Notes: generated by a model not told the origin, from the letters alone. A DNA stretch of 52,818 bases from Candidatus Daviesbacteria bacterium (GCA_016183245.1 JACPEY010000033.1:1-52818); one strand, 5' to 3'; shown: positions 18,787 through 27,891, counted from the stretch's first letter. A program made the numbers and translations.

Positions 18787-19965
18787 TTACTGGACTAGAG
18801 ACAGGTTGGGGTTGGCCTGGAGGGTTAAGGGGTCTATAGGGTGGTAGTTATAAAAGGCAGTGGAGGCAATCATGGCAGCATTATCAGTGCAAAGCTTGGA
18901 AGCAGGTACATGTAATCTAATTTTGAATTTTGAACTTTGAATTTTGAATTTCAAATCAGAAACCAGTTTCTGATTTGACGCTACTCCTCCTGCAATCATA
19001 ATTTGATCAACTTTATACCTTTGGGCTGCTCTGACAGTTTTTTCAACAAGAACATCTACAATAGCAGCTTCTATAGAAGCTGCTAAGTTATTAGTGATTA
19101 GTTTGTAGTTTGTAGAATTTTTGTCTTTACTACCAACTACCAACTCTGAACTCTGAACTAAATTAGCAACTGCAGTTTTTAAGCCTGAAAAGGAAAAATC
19201 CCATCCATAGGTTGGTCGTCCTCTGGACGAAAAATCTTTCATCATTGGCCTGGGGAGATTAAAAGCATTAGGATTACCAGACTTGGCTAACTTAGCGAGA
19301 TTGGGGCCGCCCGGGTATGGAAGCCCAAGAAGTCTGGCGCATTTGTCAAAACACTCTCCTGCTGCATCATCCCGGGTTCCCCCTAGGTATTCATACTTGC
19401 CATGGTCTCCAAATAAAACTAAATCAGTATGTCCGCCGGAAACAAGCAGGCCAATGCAGGGGAATTTAGGTAAGTGACTAGTCGCTAGAGTCGAGAGACT
19501 AGACTTTTCTTTTTTATTCCTTGACTCTTGACTCTGGACTCTTGACTCTTCCCATATCCAGTTTGCATAAAAATGGCCGAGCAGGTGATTAACCGGTATA
19601 AGAGGTTTACCCCAAACTAAAGCCAGAGTTTTGGCTGTTTCTATTCCTACTAAAAGCGAGCCGATTAGTCCTGGTCCCTGCGTGACTGCAATAGCATCTA
19701 AACTTTGTTTACCCTGAGCGAGCGAAGCGAGTCGAAGGGCCTCTTCAATTACGGGAATAATGGATTTAATTTGTTCTCTGGCAGCTTGTTCCGGAATCAC
19801 GCCGCCGTATTTAGCTTGTAAATCAGCTGACGATGCCACAATATTGGATAAAATTATTACCCCTTTGTCTACCAAAGGCTTGTCGTAGGCGGATATTTCC
19901 ACTACAGCAGCTGCCGTTTCATCACAACTGGTTTCAATTCCTAGAATAACTTTTGGTCGTGTCAT
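18787..19965 (-). CDS. tsaD: tRNA N6-threonylcarbamoyladenosine transferase TsaD with several repeat-derived insertions
   Basis: ILGIETSCDETAAA, GPGLIGSL, NHLLGH, LLVSGGHT, TRDDAAGECFDK, FSFSGLKT and CTDNAAMIA motifs. Confidence 0.97.
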   Translation of the reverse strand: MTRPKVILGIETSCDETAAAVVEISAYDKPLVDKGVIILSNIVASSADLQAKYGGVIPEQAAREQIKSIIPVIEEALRLASLAQGKQSLDAIAVTQGPGLIGSLLVGIETAKTLALVWGKPLIPVNHLLGHFYANWIWEESRVQSQESRNKKEKSSLSTLATSHLPKFPCIGLLVSGGHTDLVLFGDHGKYEYLGGTRDDAAGECFDKCARLLGLPYPGGPNLAKLAKSGNPNAFNLPRPMMKDFSSRGRPTYGWDFSFSGLKTAVANLVQSSELVVGSKDKNSTNYKLITNNLAASIEAAIVDVLVEKTVRAAQRYKVDQIMIAGGVASNQKLVSDLKFKIQSSKFKIRLHVPASKLCTDNAAMIASTAFYNYHPIDPLTLQANPNLSLVQ

Positions 19966-20363
19966 GAGGATATTTTAACAGAAATGCCTTTGAGCCATTT
20001 GGAGATTTGGTCGATGGTTAAGTTGCCGTTGTCTACTCTGATTGCAAACTCAACTTCTTTCTGGTGGCTGTTGATTAATCGGTAACCGTTTTTCCGTAGA
20101 AATAAACCAGCAGAAGTTAAGGCTGTTCTTTTATTTCCATCTACAAAAGGGTGGTTTTTTAGTAAAGATTGCAGCAGGGCAGCTGCTTTATCAAAAATGG
20201 AGATGTAAAGAAATTTACCTCCAAAAGTAGCTTGAGGTCTTGCTACTGCCGATTCCACCAGCCCTATATCCCTGATTCCGTGGGAACCACCAAATCTTTT
20301 TACCATCTGATTGTGGATAAAAAGGACTTGATTGATATTCAAAAATACAATTTGTTTAGTCAC
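19962..20363 (-). CDS. Death-on-curing (Doc)/Fic family toxin
   Basis: HPFVDGNKRT, GIRDIGLVESAVARP. Confidence 0.92.
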   Translation of the reverse strand: MTKQIVFLNINQVLFIHNQMVKRFGGSHGIRDIGLVESAVARPQATFGGKFLYISIFDKAAALLQSLLKNHPFVDGNKRTALTSAGLFLRKNGYRLINSHQKEVEFAIRVDNGNLTIDQISKWLKGISVKISS

Positions 20364-20596
20364 TTGCGGGAAAGTTCTTGGAGCACATCTTCATGTTCGT
20401 TCATAAATTCATCCACCATTTTAGCAAATTTTAAATCTATCCCGCTTGCCTTTATTTTCTTTTGTGGCATTAGAGTCAAGCCAGCGTCTGTTTTTCTCCA
20501 TTCCACTTCTGAACCTGCCCTGATAGACAACTGGTGAGCATACGTTTTGGGAACTGTGACAGCCAAAGAATTACCGTTTCTAAAGACTTTTCTCAT
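20360..20596 (-). CDS. AbrB/MazE-family antitoxin
   Basis: RKVFRNGNSLAVTVPK swapped-hairpin motif; overlaps the doc start. Confidence 0.9.
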   Translation of the reverse strand: MRKVFRNGNSLAVTVPKTYAHQLSIRAGSEVEWRKTDAGLTLMPQKKIKASGIDLKFAKMVDEFMNEHEDVLQELSRK

Positions 20597-20602
20597 GATT
20601 TA

Positions 20603-20635
20603 ATTATATCACAAATGTACTGACAATGTACTGAC
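20603..20635 (-). promoter_or_regulatory. Extended -10 promoter and 11-bp direct-repeat operator candidate for the AbrB-Doc module
   Basis: TGATATAAT 6 nt upstream of the ATG; (AATGTACTGAC)x2 at 20614-20635. Confidence 0.6.
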
Positions 20636-20691
20636 ATTTTTCATTTATCCCAGCCTAAAGGCGTGGTACTCTGTTTTGTATGATAGATGTA

Positions 20692-21051
20692 TTAAAGTGG
20701 GTATTGATAGGAAGTTGCGGCATCTTCCCTGATAATAGTTAAAGAATTCAAAATGATTGATTCTTTATTATTTCTCAGAAAGTCTAGGGTTTTGTTTGTA
20801 ATATATTGCGCATCTGTTTGATTGATCAGTCGGATAGCAATAATAGGCACCTGATATTTGGGAAATTGCGCTAAGGCAATATAATCCTTGTCCCGTGTCA
20901 GAATTACTCTTGATTCGTCTCTCGCAATTTTAATAATCTCGAGATCATTAATTTCCAGATTAATCCTTTTAATATCTAAGACTCTATGGTTTAAAATTCT
21001 TAACTTCCTGATAAGTAATTGGGGGATATTAATGTCGGCGACGAATTTCAT
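20692..21051 (-). CDS. DUF5615/PIN-like putative toxin (start MKFVADINIP)
   Basis: FVADIN...D.EI...ARDESRVILTRDKDY PIN-like motif. Confidence 0.85.
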   Translation of the reverse strand: MKFVADINIPQLLIRKLRILNHRVLDIKRINLEINDLEIIKIARDESRVILTRDKDYIALAQFPKYQVPIIAIRLINQTDAQYITNKTLDFLRNNKESIILNSLTIIREDAATSYQYPL

Positions 21052-21289
21052 GGGTATAAGCAGATGCTTTCTCAAACATATAGCTTTTTTCTTTGCTGAC
21101 AATCTTGGCAGCATAATCTATTGCCGCCTGAAGATGCTCTTTTTTTAAAAAGGGATATTCCTTTAACATCTCTTCCATACTCATGCCTCCGGCCAAAGAC
21201 TCCAGAATTACCTCCACAGACATCCTTGTGTTTTTGATAATGGGCTTGCCGCCCAGAATTTTGGGATTTTGCGTGATGTATTTGTTCAT
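21029..21289 (-). CDS. DUF433-family antitoxin
   Basis: ITQNPKILGGKPIIKNTRMSVE...EYPFL. Confidence 0.9.
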   Translation of the reverse strand: MNKYITQNPKILGGKPIIKNTRMSVEVILESLAGGMSMEEMLKEYPFLKKEHLQAAIDYAAKIVSKEKSYMFEKASAYTHEIRRRH

Positions 21290-21387
21290 AAACCAATTAT
21301 ACCACTTTTAGGAAAGAAATATTTGATCTCTTTTGTTCTATTTAAGCTATCTTGCCTTGAAAGTATTTAAAAGAGTAATGTGGAGGC

Positions 21388-22224
21388 GTGATTGCGAAGC
21401 AAAAATATGAATATATCAAAGATGCTTTGTGGATTTCATATACGGGTTTGAAGGATTTTTTAAAATGCCAGCGTTCTTACTTTTTAAAAAACAGATACCG
21501 GGATCCTAAAACCGGCTACCGCTTACAAATTGCTTCCCCTTATATGACTTTAGGCTCTTTAGTGCATGATGCCATCAAGTGGTATTTACAAACCGGAAGG
21601 ACGGCAGACAAGGATGCAGTTATAAAAAAGTATAGAAACCACTGGTTAAAATATAGGGGTAAAAGAGGGGGCTTTAAAACTCTAGAAGAAGAGGCGGAGT
21701 TTGGAAAACGCGGTTTAAATATGCTGGGATTTTTCCTGGAAAATGCTGCCAATTTAGAACCAAATGCCCCCCTTTATGACTTTTTAAGGTATAAACTTGA
21801 TGAAAAAATAGTCTTAAACGGCAAGCCGGACTTTTTGGGCATTCTGCCGGATGGAAGTCTGCATGTAATGGATTTTAAAACAGGGACCAGAGACGAGCAG
21901 GACCCAATACAGCTTCATACATATGCAATTTTGGCTCAGGCACATCTTCAAAAAGAAGTTTCACAAATAAGTTACTGGTATCTGGACAAAAAAGAACCTC
22001 CAAAAGAAGCAGTTTTGGACCCTTTGGAAGAAAAGCTTTTGTGGCTCAAAGAAAAGGCTTTACAGATTGCAAAAGCTATAAAAGAAGATAAATGGGAATG
22101 TAAGGAAGAAGATGGTTTGTGTTCAGAGTGTCAAAGTTATCAGGATATAATTGAAGGTAAAGGCGAGTTTCAGTTTTCTGATAATGAATTTAAAAAAGAT
22201 ATCTATTTTCTGCAAAAAGCTTAA
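21388..22224 (+). CDS. Stand-alone PD-(D/E)XK nuclease (RecB/AddB/Cas4-like)
   Basis: ISYTGLKDFLKC, LGSLVH, GKPDFL, VMDFKTG and QLHTY motifs; C-terminal cysteines. Confidence 0.85.
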   Translation: MIAKQKYEYIKDALWISYTGLKDFLKCQRSYFLKNRYRDPKTGYRLQIASPYMTLGSLVHDAIKWYLQTGRTADKDAVIKKYRNHWLKYRGKRGGFKTLEEEAEFGKRGLNMLGFFLENAANLEPNAPLYDFLRYKLDEKIVLNGKPDFLGILPDGSLHVMDFKTGTRDEQDPIQLHTYAILAQAHLQKEVSQISYWYLDKKEPPKEAVLDPLEEKLLWLKEKALQIAKAIKEDKWECKEEDGLCSECQSYQDIIEGKGEFQFSDNEFKKDIYFLQKA

Positions 22225-22799
22225 GGTCGGGCCGGGGTAATAGGAACCGGAGTCCCGTTTATCTCATTAGTGTTTGTAACAGGTGTACCGGGAAATGGGG
22301 TGCCGTTTATTTCGTTGGTATTTGTAACAGGAGTAATAGACGGAGTAAGCGCGACTCTGGTTGTATACGCTGTGGGGAAACTTATAATAGTGGGCACGGG
22401 GGATCTGTTTATTATTGGTGTGCTTACAATAACAGTCACTTCTGGTGAGGGAGTTAAAGTTGGTCTTTCTATAGGTGATGGCCAGGTTGGGGTTAAACTT
22501 GGGGTAGCAGTTGGTTCTGGAGTATTGGTGTTTGTGGGTTTTTCTACAGGTGATGGTTGGGTTTCAGTTGCGCTTGGAGTTGCTTTTCCAGCAGGTGTAG
22601 TGCTGGGTGTTGCAGTTAATTTATCAGGTTTTGCATTATTTTGGACATTTGGCAGGAATACTGTATGTGCGGCGCTTCTGTTTTCTGCCAAAGCATCTGC
22701 AATATTAGGGAGTAGGCTAATATAACCGCCTGCTAATGTAGCTACTGCGGTGATTGTACGGATTACTGCTTGTCCTGTTTCAATACGATCTGCTGACAT
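22221..22799 (-). CDS. Pro/Thr-rich putative secreted or surface protein
   Basis: Hydrophobic N-terminal segment, TP-rich linker, duplicated PVTNTNEINGTP; TTGACA-17-TAAACT promoter upstream. Confidence 0.65.
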   Translation of the reverse strand: MSADRIETGQAVIRTITAVATLAGGYISLLPNIADALAENRSAAHTVFLPNVQNNAKPDKLTATPSTTPAGKATPSATETQPSPVEKPTNTNTPEPTATPSLTPTWPSPIERPTLTPSPEVTVIVSTPIINRSPVPTIISFPTAYTTRVALTPSITPVTNTNEINGTPFPGTPVTNTNEINGTPVPITPARP

Positions 22800-22846
22800 G
22801 TCTCATAGTTTATCATAGAAAGCCATTGCTGTCAAGTTCAGCAGTC

Positions 22847-23464
22847 TTAAGCTGCGGGTTGGTCTGAAGAATAGTTCTGTCTTAATTGGGCAATGTTTGT
22901 TTTTTCTCGTTCAAAAATCTCCTCTAGAGCCTGTGCTGTTTCAGCTGATGGTGTGTATAACTTTTTGGATGGCTGGCTGTTACGAGTTTCTGCTGCTAAT
23001 TTAAGTAGGTCAATGATACGTGTTGTTAGATAAGCTTTATTTGAGGGAAGTTGTTTGTCTTCAAGGCCGCCTGCCACAGCCAAACTAACCTGACGAGCTG
23101 CATCATCAATAGCTCTTATGTGAGTAATTTTATATCGATCATTAAGACCTGCGGTTAGATTTCCTATTCTATTTTGAGTGGTATCATCCACGGCGATCCT
23201 ACCTAATTGTATGACAAGGCGTCTTGCAAAAAGATCCTGCTCCCACCTTTCGATAAGCCCTAGCTTTCCAAAAGCGTCAATATAGCAGGCTAAATTTCTT
23301 CCTGCTAATAACTGTTTATCAATTATCTCTACCTCAGTAGATAAAACTTCGTCCACTTTGCGGGCTATTCTTTCTGTGCCTAGTAGCTTTTTTACATAAG
23401 AATTCATTCTTTGGCGGAATGTAGGGGTAGTCCTGTGTGTTTCATTTTCTCCTCCCCATTTCAT
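22847..23464 (-). CDS. Hypothetical helical protein (start moved to MKWGGENE)
   Basis: TGATATACT 7 nt upstream of ATG 23464; the longer 5' extension overlaps a + strand gene. Confidence 0.6.
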   Translation of the reverse strand: MKWGGENETHRTTPTFRQRMNSYVKKLLGTERIARKVDEVLSTEVEIIDKQLLAGRNLACYIDAFGKLGLIERWEQDLFARRLVIQLGRIAVDDTTQNRIGNLTAGLNDRYKITHIRAIDDAARQVSLAVAGGLEDKQLPSNKAYLTTRIIDLLKLAAETRNSQPSKKLYTPSAETAQALEEIFEREKTNIAQLRQNYSSDQPAA

Positions 23465-23539
23465 AAATTTAAGTATATCACCCAGAATTTGATTTTGTGT
23501 ATATCCCCGGTTAAAATACTTCAAAGATTGAAGTTTAAT

Positions 23540-23839
23540 ATGGAAACAAGAATTAGAGAATGTTGTTTTACAAGTGCAGAGAGTTATGATGAAAAACTGG
23601 CAATACAAACCTGTCCTGGTTATGATGAGGCTCTTCAAAGAGCAGTAGATGATCCTTGGGAAGAAAAGAGACTGAGATATTCCTGTAAGGCTCTTAAGGA
23701 AAGAAATCAAAGGTTCAATGAAACAACAAAAAGGGGCAGAAAGTGGCCTGATCTTAAAATAGCATCTTGTCCAGTTACGCTGTGTTTTACTCCTTATGTA
23801 AGTCAATTAATTATCAGAGGCAAATGTTTGATGGAGTGA
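23540..23839 (+). CDS. Small Cys-rich hypothetical protein (METRIRECC...)
   Basis: ORF with 7 Cys, divergent from the 23464 gene. Confidence 0.5.
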   Translation: METRIRECCFTSAESYDEKLAIQTCPGYDEALQRAVDDPWEEKRLRYSCKALKERNQRFNETTKRGRKWPDLKIASCPVTLCFTPYVSQLIIRGKCLME

Positions 23840-24475
23840 TTAAAATCCTAAGAGGTTGGAAAACAGGCCCACAAAAAAGCCCAGGATTGTTTGCAGAAGT
23901 GAAGATCTGCCAAAAGGCACCATCATTAAAATAACCAGAATTAAAAATCCATAAGGCTCAAGTCTCTGATAAGACCTTGCCAGGTTATACGGAAGTTGGG
24001 ATAAAAGCACTTTTGATCCATCAAGCGGCGGGATAGGGAAAAGGTTAAAAATGCCCAAAACTAAATTGATTAAAACTGTAAAACGCAGCAAAGAACCCAA
24101 AAGAGCGGGAAAAGTTTGAGGCAGGGCGTTTAAGATATGAAAAATTACAGCTGCTGCAATAGCCAGGCTGAAATTGGCCGCAATTCCTGCCGCAGCTACC
24201 AAAAGCTCGCCTTTTCGTAAATTTGAAAAGTTTAAAGGATTAACCGGAACCGGTTTGGCCCAGCCAAATAAAATAGGGGAACCGGTAAAGATTAAAAGTG
24301 CAGGCAGTAAAATTGTGCCGAAAAGGTCAATATGCGGGATGGGATTTAAGGTTAATCTGCCGGCTTGTTCTGCTGTATGGTCTCCAAATTTTAAAGCCAC
24401 CAGTCCATGCATGACTTCATGGATGATAACTGAAAAGAGCAAAATAATAATAGATAAAGCAAATAATTCTGGCAT
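23840..24475 (-). CDS. Site-2 protease (M50 family)
   Basis: HEVMH, GRLTLNPIPHID and FNLFPIPPLDG motifs. Confidence 0.95.
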   Translation of the reverse strand: MPELFALSIIILLFSVIIHEVMHGLVALKFGDHTAEQAGRLTLNPIPHIDLFGTILLPALLIFTGSPILFGWAKPVPVNPLNFSNLRKGELLVAAAGIAANFSLAIAAAVIFHILNALPQTFPALLGSLLRFTVLINLVLGIFNLFPIPPLDGSKVLLSQLPYNLARSYQRLEPYGFLILVILMMVPFGRSSLLQTILGFFVGLFSNLLGF

Positions 24476-24505
24476 TTTCCCGCCTCTTATGTTATAGTTT
24501 ACCAC

Positions 24506-24745
24506 ATGTTAGCATGCACAAGATGCGGAAAAGGTAAAAATACGCTTTCTTTTTCAAGGCACAAAAAAGGTTCCTCAGGAGCAGGAGGGGTGTGGGCCCT
24601 TCGCGCCCCAATTCATAAAAGAGTCCAGAAACCTAACCTGCATAAATTTAATGGTCAAAAATATTGCACTAAATGTTTGCGGGTAGTTAAAGTTCCTTTA
24701 AAGGAAAATCAGGGTAGCCGTTTAGAAAGTCCTGTATTGGCATAA
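24506..24745 (+). CDS. rpmB: 50S ribosomal protein L28 (Zn-binding type)
   Basis: CTRCGK...SRH...R.QKPNL...CTKCLR. Confidence 0.85.
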   Translation: MLACTRCGKGKNTLSFSRHKKGSSGAGGVWALRAPIHKRVQKPNLHKFNGQKYCTKCLRVVKVPLKENQGSRLESPVLA

Positions 24746-25637
24746 CTTTTTTCCCTTCCATTTGAATCAGGATTTTGTCATTCTGAGGAGTCTTCGACGA
24801 AGAATCTCCCACTCGCCTCGCTGAGTCGGCGAAGCGGGCGTATGTGGGTCTCGCATGCGCGAGAGATCCTTCCCCGCCCTCACTGCCTCCGGCTGAGAGG
24901 CGGGTCAGGATGACAGAGGGAAGAAATTTTACAATTTTACCCTTCCAGCGGGTCCAAACCCCCGGCCAGGGGTAGTAAGCCCTAATCATTCTGTCTAAAA
25001 CTTCTGGAGATGGAGGATTTTCAATATCAAAAAATCCATCCTGTTTGGTAAAGTGTTTGGTATAGGTGGCTTTGGACTGATCCTGTTTGATGGGTTTAAT
25101 TTCCCTTTTCAGATATTTGTTGATAACTGAAACTAGTAATTCTCCGCCCATTTTATTTAAAGTTGTTAAAAGCGAGTCAGTATTTTCTTTTGCTGACAAA
25201 ACATATTCTTTCTGTGCCAGGAGATCTCCGGCATCCACCTCTTTAGTCATCTGGATCACAGTTACCCCGGATACTTTATCACCATTTAAGATAGCAAAGG
25301 GTGCAGGAGAAGGACCGCGGTATTTTGGGAGGATAGAGTGGTGGATATTTAAGGAAGCATATCCTGGGATACTTAAAAGCTCATCCGGTAAGATTAAACC
25401 GAAATCTTCCACAACTAAGAAATCTGGCTGCTGTTTTTTCACCCTTTCTATAACAGTTTGGTCTAATTTATCAGTTTCTACCAGAGGAATATTTAACTTC
25501 TCTGCCATGTTTTTAACAGGGTTAAAATCTAACTTTTTAGTAATAATTAACGACAGAGGATGGGTTGAATTGATAATCCGGGCGCCTATTGTTGAGTACT
25601 TTGTGTTACCAAAGAAAATAATGGATAGATTTTTCAT
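24687..25637 (-). CDS. fmt: Methionyl-tRNA formyltransferase with palindromic insertion
   Basis: IIFFG, LNIHHSILPKYRGPSP, VDAGD and IRAYYPWPG motifs; next to def. Confidence 0.95.
   Translation of the reverse strand: MKNLSIIFFGNTKYSTIGARIINSTHPLSLIITKKLDFNPVKNMAEKLNIPLVETDKLDQTVIERVKKQQPDFLVVEDFGLILPDELLSIPGYASLNIHHSILPKYRGPSPAPFAILNGDKVSGVTVIQMTKEVDAGDLLAQKEYVLSAKENTDSLLTTLNKMGGELLVSVINKYLKREIKPIKQDQSKATYTKHFTKQDGFFDIENPPSPEVLDRMIRAYYPWPGVWTRWKGKIVKFLPSVILTRLSAGGSEGGEGSLAHARPTYARFADSARRVGDSSSKTPQNDKILIQMEGKKVMPIQDFLNGYPDFPLKEL
24776..24915. repeat. 140-bp nested palindromic element in frame in fmt
   Basis: TGTCATTCTGAG...GTCAGGATGACA termini; shares GAATCTCCCAC, TGTGGGTCT and a nested CCCGCTTCG...CGAGGCGAG hairpin with 48144-48259. 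Confidence 0.9.
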
Positions 25638-25690
25638 AAAACGCTTCAACAGCTTACATTACGTTCCACGATCGTTACAAGTTATGTAAA

Positions 25691-26206
25691 CTATATTGCT
25701 ACCTCTTCAAAAGTATCAGTTCCTGTTTTGTCCTTGCCTGTAAACTTATAAAACCTTCCTTTTTGCTGCAAACAGCGGTCGGAAAATAAAATCCCGTTTA
25801 AATGATCTATCTCGTGCTGGAATATCCAGGCCAAAACCCCTTTTAAAGGCACAGTAACAGTTTTTCCGCTCTCGTCCTGATAGGAAACTTTAATAGAAGT
25901 ATATCTGTTTACCTCTGCCCACATATTCGGCACAGACAAACAGCCTTCAAAATATTTTTTGGTTCTTTTACCCGTTGATAAAATCCTGGGGTTAATAACA
26001 GAGATAAAATCTTCTCCGTCTTTGGCCACAAAAAAACTGCCTTCAAGGCCGACTTGTGTAGATGCCAAACCTACTCCCTCAGGGTCTTTAAAAGTTTTAG
26101 TAAGTTTTACCATCTCTTTTAAAGTCTGAACTAATCCGGGGTTAATTTTTTTAACTGGTTTGGTCTGAACCCGCAGTTTGGGATCAGGCGCTTTAACTAC
26201 ATGCAT
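25691..26206 (-). CDS. def: Peptide deformylase
   Basis: GVGLASTQVG, EGCLS and QHEIDHLNG motifs. Confidence 0.97.
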   Translation of the reverse strand: MHVVKAPDPKLRVQTKPVKKINPGLVQTLKEMVKLTKTFKDPEGVGLASTQVGLEGSFFVAKDGEDFISVINPRILSTGKRTKKYFEGCLSVPNMWAEVNRYTSIKVSYQDESGKTVTVPLKGVLAWIFQHEIDHLNGILFSDRCLQQKGRFYKFTGKDKTGTDTFEEVAI

Positions 26207-26219
26207 GAGGCCAATTGTA

Positions 26220-26786
26220 TCAAACTAATTTTATTTCTGCGAGTGTGTTGTGTTTGTGCAGCCCGCCTTCGGGGACAGATTCAAATAATTTGATGGAAAC
26301 AATCTGAATCGGTTCAAAGTTGGCAGCCATGATCTTTTCCAGGTTTCTTTCCAGATTCCGGTCAATTAAAAAAGGTGGAGGATTATTTATTTTGGCAATG
26401 GTGATATGAGGAATAAAACGCCTTTCATCAGCTGGCAGTTTTAAATATTCCAGTCCGTCGTGAATTCTTTCATGGATCATATAAAGTTTATCTATATCAT
26501 CTTTGACTCCTACCCATAAAATCTTCGGGTGGTGAATATTGGGAAAGCCGTCAATATAGGCCGGGGTAATTTCAAATGGCCCAATCTCTTTTGCAGCTTC
26601 TTTGAGAAGCAGGCATAAGTTTTCTCTTAGATGATCTGATTGCTCGCCGATAAAGGCTAAAGTCAGGTGGATTTTGTCCGGAGTAGTAAGTCTTGCTTGA
26701 GGAATTAATGTATGTAAACTGTTCTGAATAGCTTGAAACTGAGGCTTATTCTCTTCCGGAATCTCAAGGGCAATAAAAAACCTCAT
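26220..26786 (-). CDS. thpR: RNA 2',3'-cyclic phosphodiesterase (2H family)
   Basis: MRFFIAL, HLTLAFIG and PHITIA (two HxT motifs). Confidence 0.92.
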   Translation of the reverse strand: MRFFIALEIPEENKPQFQAIQNSLHTLIPQARLTTPDKIHLTLAFIGEQSDHLRENLCLLLKEAAKEIGPFEITPAYIDGFPNIHHPKILWVGVKDDIDKLYMIHERIHDGLEYLKLPADERRFIPHITIAKINNPPPFLIDRNLERNLEKIMAANFEPIQIVSIKLFESVPEGGLHKHNTLAEIKLV

Positions 26787-26827
26787 ATTATACTAATCCT
26801 AAATTTATCTTATCATAATTGTAGGAT

Positions 26828-26856
26828 TTGACAAAATAAAGTATATGGTATAAGAT
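26828..26856 (+). promoter_or_regulatory. Sigma70-type promoter
   Basis: TTGACA-17bp-TAAGAT. Confidence 0.65.
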
Positions 26857-26899
26857 AAGCATATAAGGTAGACTATAAGTCTATTATAGATATCTGAAT

Positions 26900-27622
26900 A
26901 TGAAAATGGTTGAACTTATCACAGGTGCCGGATTTATTGTAGATGATAGATTTGGATCGGTTGAAAGTACAGGAAGAGTATATTCAGATCTTCCTCCTTC
27001 TCTTAAGCGTTCTTTCGATGGGTTGTTTAGAAAGTATCGCGGGTTAATTGAACAAACCCAAGTAACAGAATGGTCAAGTAATTTTGGAGTATTACCCAGT
27101 GTATTACCCAGTGAGCCTCTTCTGTTTGAGTTGTCGCCTGAGTTTTTAAGTCCCGAGAATTTTTTAGAAAAAGCAGTAACAAGATGGGGAGATCGGAGTA
27201 TAGATATACTCTATAGACAAAATAGGCAAACCCTGGAGGAGGAAGAGGAGCACGTAATTGTTTTATCTTCGCAGATTTTAGCAAATGGTAAATCACTTTC
27301 AATAGTATTGGGATATGTGCCAAGGGAGAAAATGAATAAATTGATGATACCCGTAAGAGAATCTTCAGAAGAAATACCTGGAACACTAACATCTGCTCTT
27401 GTGATTGCAGGAGCTATAGACGGTGCAGCTTTTAGATTTTATCAGCAAGGTACGCCAGCGGAAACTTTACAGGTTTTAGGAGAGGAAACATGGAAATCAT
27501 ATGGAGCTCGTCTTTTAGGACAGAATTCGGCTATACCCGTTATGCAAGGTGGCGTATTGGATTTTTCGTTATTAACTAGATCTCAGCCTTCTTCTGGTAA
27601 TGGCAATGGTAAATTTGTTTGA
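26900..27622 (+). CDS. Hypothetical protein (240 aa)
   Basis: Long ORF with its own promoter; no recognisable motif. Confidence 0.7.
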   Translation: MKMVELITGAGFIVDDRFGSVESTGRVYSDLPPSLKRSFDGLFRKYRGLIEQTQVTEWSSNFGVLPSVLPSEPLLFELSPEFLSPENFLEKAVTRWGDRSIDILYRQNRQTLEEEEEHVIVLSSQILANGKSLSIVLGYVPREKMNKLMIPVRESSEEIPGTLTSALVIAGAIDGAAFRFYQQGTPAETLQVLGEETWKSYGARLLGQNSAIPVMQGGVLDFSLLTRSQPSSGNGNGKFV

Positions 27623-27627
27623 AACTA

Positions 27628-27656
27628 TTGACAAAAGCGGTTATTTATCTTAAGAT
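27628..27656 (+). promoter_or_regulatory. Sigma70-type promoter for the SAM-riboswitch operon
   Basis: TTGACA-17bp-TAAGAT. Confidence 0.7.
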
Positions 27657-27702
27657 TTAAATTAACAATTTAATATTAATAAACCGTAGGATTTAAGTCC
27701 TG

Positions 27703-27849
27703 CGGACAATCAAGAGTGATGGCCTCTTTCGCTAAAGCTTCAAAGGCTAAAGGGAGAGATAGAGAATTGGCTCGAAACCATCCAGCAACCGAATATTTTT
27801 ATATGTCGCGGTGCTACACCCAACCCTTATAAAGGGAGGATTAGGTCCG
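27703..27849 (+). ncRNA. SAM-I (S-box) riboswitch with an extra insertion of about 38 nt in P2
   Basis: AUCAAGAG, GAUGG/CCAUC P2, UUGG/CCAA pseudoknot, CAGCAACC...GGUGCU P3, CCCUU/AAGGG P4 and closing GAUU; upstream of a Cys/Met PLP enzyme. Confidence 0.85.
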
Positions 27850-27864
27850 AATGTGGGCAAATTT

Positions 27865-27891
27865 AACCTCTCTTTGAAAGAGAGGTTTTTT
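27865..27891 (+). terminator. Intrinsic terminator (riboswitch expression platform)
   Basis: AACCTCTCT/AGAGAGGTT stem plus T run; GGGAGGATTA (27834-27843) could form the antiterminator. Confidence 0.85.

Noticed and set aside
20641..20691. IS200/IS605 end remnant (CCTAAAGGCGTGG)
   Set aside because: Only half of a hairpin and no transposase nearby; too weak to call
21388..22224. cas4 as part of a CRISPR-Cas locus
   Set aside because: No cas1, cas2 or array in the window
23465..23806. 5' extension of the 22847-23806 ORF
   Set aside because: Overlaps the + strand 23540 gene, and an extended -10 box points to ATG 23464
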